This document shows, piece by piece, positions 59,563 through 64,000 of a stretch of DNA of 64,000 nt. Each line of letters starts with the position of its first letter. Position 1 is the stretch's first letter. Under the pieces are notes generated by a model. The model ran no database searches and was not told the DNA's origin. It was given only the letters and a program-made list of their open reading frames with translations. Source of the stretch: Ascoidea asiatica JCM 7603 (Eukaryota; Fungi; Ascomycota); NCBI GenBank assembly GCA_001600695.1, contig BCKQ01000002.1, positions 191,623 through 255,622 on the forward strand, written 5' to 3'. The position numbers and the translations under genes were made by a program.

Positions 59563-62177
59563 TTTAAAAGAATAGTTGGTATAAACGAAGGAAGATGTTC
59601 TTTAGATGATATTTTTTTTCAAAATAACGATTGAATTTTTCAAGCTAATAATTTGATTTTTTGGAAAATAATTTTAATAATATATTGAATCAAAAAAACT
59701 TTGAAATGAATATGATTAAAAAAATAACTATTTAATTCTTTTAAAAAAGGGAAATAATTATAAATATATATCTTTTCTTCTTGAACTCCAGCTAATTTTT
59801 CTAAGCCTTGTAATGAGGTTTAAAACAATTATTTTTTTCAACTCATTGTCTTTTGGTTATAAAGTTTATACTGTGTTCACATGAAATGCTAAGGTTATAG
59901 TAACTTTAAGAAAATGTTCTTCAAATAAGTATTTTTTTTCTTTGAAAGAACATTTAACGTAATAAAATATTTTTCTGTCCTAATTATAGACTGTAAAGGG
60001 TGTCTGATAGGAATGAAAGGTAAAGATAAGCTACTGATACATTCAAATTTTAATTTTGCCTGATTAAACATTCACATATTAATGATCACCTAATTAGTAT
60101 GCCACGGTTACGCTATTTTATTGTGTCAGATATTTTTCAGTATTCTCACAAGAGAGAGTAAAACAGTATTTATTTTTATTTCATATGATTTTAAGGATTG
60201 AAAACTAGAAAAAATTTAATAGATTCGGTCTTTTATGAAATTCTTTTTTCAATTTTAGTCAAGCACTGAATTTTTCAATTTTTAGTATGATGGAGATGGC
60301 TATACACATATTTCGAAGGCACAAATAGTGTAATGTTACAACTGGATTCCCCAAGAATATTAATATGAATCTTAGTGTGACAAAAATAGTCAAATAATCA
60401 GAATTGATAATACGCTAATCGAGTAGCCGATAGCCACATTTAGATGAATTTTGAGTATTGAAAGAAACTCGATTTTTTTCACAATATTGAAGTCAGATTA
60501 CCAGTGTATGCAGCCTGATGATCAAACTTTTTGAGCCAAACTTTGTTGACTATTATCATAATCTTACCAAAAATGTTACACGCGACTCGCTGCACAAAAG
60601 ACCAGTATTTGCTGGAACACCCTGGTTACTCACATTTATCACGCTACAGTACTGCGCACTAGGCGCCCTAGAAAGTAACGTTAATGATTTAGCCGTAGTG
60701 CTAATGTTTTAACCGTAACGTTTGTCGGTCTAAGAGAATAAAGAAAAGATATTTGAAAAATTCAATTAAGATGGAAAACAAATAAAAATATTTTTGAAAA
60801 CATTATTTGAAGCAACTTATTTCTATATATTTTGCCAGTATCTCTATTTGAAATTCTAACTAATCGCACTTTAAATTTTTTCAATATTCTATTAAAAAAG
60901 CCGAATCTTCAATATCTTTATGGCCTTCTAATTTCATTAATTTGCAAATCATAAAACGCGAAATAACAAAATTAAACCCATTAAAGTGGAAAAAATGAAC
61001 ATCTAAAATAATGTTCATTTATTTAATCAAGATGTTTTTTTTCACTGAGGATAGACCACTTTTTTGATGAAAATAACCTGTAAAATTCAAGTAATGAATG
61101 AATAATCATCAAGAATAACTATTTGAATTCAGTCTATTAACATATCACCTGATTTTTCAATCCCAATTTAGAATTCCGACCAATTCACGGAGTTTAGCCT
61201 TGAATACTGAATCAAGGCTAAGTCGAATAGAGCGGGTCTGAATTTAGAGCAGTGACCCACACCAAGATTGTTCTGCCACGTAGCTGGCTCAGACCCACAC
61301 ACTGTTTTTTCAAGAATGCTTTCGAAAATAAATTTTTGATCTTGTTACAATAGAAAAAAATTCGTTCGAGTTGAATTATCAAGATTTACTTAAAACTAAG
61401 CTCTAAAGACTTTAGTGATGCTAGACAATGAAATGAAAATTTACATTCAAATTATCGAAAACTTCTTGATTTAAATATTTTGAATTAATTAGAAATAACG
61501 ATACTTTCGTAATATTGTTTTTATCACAAAAAAAATTTTAGCAGTTTTAGTGAAATAAAAGTACTTTTTTAAATTAAGGGATTAATGAAAGACACTCATT
61601 ATAATTTCACTTTAAGGATTCCAAGTCTGAATTTTTCAAATCTCTTAAAATTTCATATTTTTCCCACTCTGTTTCATTCTCATATTTACAATACATTAGC
61701 TTTTTCAAATTTTTTTGTCCTGAATTCTTGTCTGGTTATTTACTTTACCCTACAACTCTCTAATACAATTTTTTGATACGTACCTTAATAATATTTATTG
61801 TATTACGTACAAAGTTCAATATTTTTTATTTCCATCACTATTTGTTTTCTTGGACATTTATCATTTAACTAGCAAAAATAATAGTTAGTCAGCCTAGATA
61901 TGTTTTTTCAATAATTTTCAAAAGCAAGCTCAAATATCTCATAATTATCTTTATTTTAATACCCAATATATTTTCACTTTAAGCCTCCTGTCCTACTTCC
62001 ACTAAAGATTTTCTTAAAATCTACGATTTCTTATCAATTCTCAAAATCAATTCTCTTTACTCACTTTCCCTCCTTATATTCTATACTTCTTTGGATAACT
62101 TCGTCTATTTACAAATTTACTTAAATTATTTTTTTCTGGTCAAATATTTATGGTAACTTTTTCATAAGAATACAAAC

Positions 62178-64000
62178 ATGGCCTCTAGAAATTTGACAGG
62201 AAATTTTCCTCCTTCTGGGGACAGTAGTGAAAATATACGTCTTGTTGATTTAAGTGATAATAGTGATGATAGATATGATAATGGTACAAATTTTCGTGGT
62301 ACTAATAGTAAAGGTGAAGTACTACTCGAATCTGAATCTGAATCTTCTGATAATGAAAATCTCAGATTTAATTCCAGAAATCCTTTCAATGATAATGATG
62401 ACAATGATTTTTCAACTTCCTCAAAAGATAATCTACAAACAAATGTTAATAATAGCACTGTAGATATACCGGCAATATCAAGCCATAACACTAACAATAA
62501 TACTGTCAATAATGATCAAGGTTCTTATTCATCACCCACTGTTTCAAATCAATCATATAGTTCTAGTAACTTATTAAATCCTGGAGGCCCATCTGGAAGA
62601 ACTTCCAATTTGAGTGCTGCAAATTCTTCCGAAAATTTAATTCCAAATGGAATGAATCGTTATGATTCTTATAATATTAGAGGTATGAATACGCATGCAA
62701 GCAATAATTCGTTTGCTTCTGATTACTCTTCTTTTTCTGATCGTACTGGAACAACTAATCCGTTTTTAGATGCTGATTTTTCTCCTTTTGGTGGATTTCC
62801 TGCTTCTGATTTTCCACTTCATATGGATGAAGTAGAAGAAGATGACTATCTACATAACCCTGATCCAATAAAGGATGCTGATTATGATAATCATAGATTT
62901 ATGTATGATATTAAAGCTATGGATAAAAGGTCAGGGCTTGGCTTAGCAAGTTTTGCTGTTCTATTTTTAGGCCTTATTGTTCTTTTTGTGGTTTATCCTG
63001 TTTTAACATATTCTGGTGTGACTGAGAAAGTTGCTCCTGAAACTTATGAATTAATAACCCTTTATGAATATGGAACCTTAAGTGCGATTAGGACTTCTTT
63101 AATTGATCCCGATACACCAACAAGTGCATATACAAATAAAGCAAGAGATGGTACCAGTTGGTCTTTGAAATTTTCAGATGAGTTCAATAAGGAAGGGCGA
63201 ACCTTTTATGATGGCGATGATCAGTTTTGGACAGCTCCTGATGTTCATTACGCAGCCACAAGTGATTTAGAATGGTATGAGCCTGATGCTTCAACAACAG
63301 CAAATGGAACATTAGTGCTTACCATGGATGCTTATAAAAACCATAATTTGTATTATAGATCAGGAATGCTTCAAAGTTGGAATAAAATGTGCTTTACTCA
63401 AGGAAGATTTGAGGTATCTGTCATGTTACCGAATTATGGTAATGTTAGTGGTTTATGGCCAGGTATTTGGGCAATGGGAAATTTAGGAAGACCTGGATTT
63501 ATGGCTTCAACTGAAGGAGTATGGCCTTATACCTATGATTCTTGTGATGCAGGAATTACTCCAAATCAATCTTCTCCAGATGGAATAAATTATTTACCTG
63601 GTCAAAGATTAAATTCGTGCACTTGTAAAGGGGAAGATCATCCAAATAGAGGAACTGGAAGAGGTGCACCTGAAATTGATGCTTTAGAAGGTGAAGTAGA
63701 TACTACAGTTGGAGTTGGGGTTGCTTCTCAATCAATGCAAATTGCTCCTTATGATATTTGGTATATTCCAGATTATAATTATGTTGAGCTTCATAATGAA
63801 ACTATTTCTTCCATGAATACTTATTGCGGTGGTCCTTTTCAACAAGCAGTTTCTGCAACTTCCACACTTAATGTTACATGGTACGAATCTGGTGATTATA
63901 CTTCAAGATTTCAAAAAGTTGGGTTTGAATATGTTCATGATAATGATGATGGTTATTGTATGTGGTTCGTTGGTGATAATCCAACTCTTACTGTTCATGC
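62178..64000 (+). CDS. KRE6: Beta-1,6-glucan synthesis protein Kre6/Skn1 (GH16-like), 3'-truncated by window
   Basis: ATG 62178; FSPFGGFPASDFPL, DDYLHNPDP, TM segment, LIDPDTP, FSDEFN, YRSGMLQSWNKMCF, GLWPGIWAMGNLGRPG, GRGAPEIDALEG. Absent from the ORF track because there is no stop in the window. Confidence 0.93.
   Translation, partial: MASRNLTGNFPPSGDSSENIRLVDLSDNSDDRYDNGTNFRGTNSKGEVLLESESESSDNENLRFNSRNPFNDNDDNDFSTSSKDNLQTNVNNSTVDIPAISSHNTNNNTVNNDQGSYSSPTVSNQSYSSSNLLNPGGPSGRTSNLSAANSSENLIPNGMNRYDSYNIRGMNTHASNNSFASDYSSFSDRTGTTNPFLDADFSPFGGFPASDFPLHMDEVEEDDYLHNPDPIKDADYDNHRFMYDIKAMDKRSGLGLASFAVLFLGLIVLFVVYPVLTYSGVTEKVAPETYELITLYEYGTLSAIRTSLIDPDTPTSAYTNKARDGTSWSLKFSDEFNKEGRTFYDGDDQFWTAPDVHYAATSDLEWYEPDASTTANGTLVLTMDAYKNHNLYYRSGMLQSWNKMCFTQGRFEVSVMLPNYGNVSGLWPGIWAMGNLGRPGFMASTEGVWPYTYDSCDAGITPNQSSPDGINYLPGQRLNSCTCKGEDHPNRGTGRGAPEIDALEGEVDTTVGVGVASQSMQIAPYDIWYIPDYNYVELHNETISSMNTYCGGPFQQAVSATSTLNVTWYESGDYTSRFQKVGFEYVHDNDDGYCMWFVGDNPTLTVH

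Noticed and set aside
1-64000. CRISPR arrays, tRNA, rRNA, LTR retrotransposons
   Set aside because: I saw no repeat-spacer arrays, cloverleaf or box A/B patterns, rRNA or LTR/gag-pol signatures. Small snoRNAs cannot be excluded by eye.

Overview
This is an AT-rich budding-yeast (Saccharomycotina) nuclear chromosome segment with many poly-Asn (AAT)n tracts, not a prokaryote. It holds about 24 protein-coding genes: a partial Asn-rich gene, ARO2, VMA2, a Cue2-like Smr protein, a possible MDM36, PTC4, a disrupted membrane-protein gene, ERG4, TFC1, MRPL36, DCD1, SDH8, ECM25, TRM82, GCV2, STM1 (intron), CBP6, MUD1, a small secreted/GPI-like protein, RLF2/CAC1, UBX7-like, an Msn2/4-family zinc finger, ERG9 (intron), a Flo11-domain GPI adhesin and the 5' part of KRE6/SKN1. 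Two transposon-derived objects stand out. (1) A 2,382-bp Mutator-like element (12189-14570), not evident from the ORF track, has perfect 40-bp TIRs and a 9-bp TSD. It contains a decayed MULE transposase remnant on the minus strand plus an apparently unrelated decayed gene fragment on the plus strand, resembling a Pack-MULE. (2) An intact 1022-aa pogo/Fot1-type transposase-derived gene (44001-47069) has no visible TIRs, insertions within its DDD domain and a long low-complexity tail, making it a candidate domesticated CENP-B-like host gene. I recognised no rRNA, tRNA or CRISPR features. Gene identities come from recalled motifs, not database searches.
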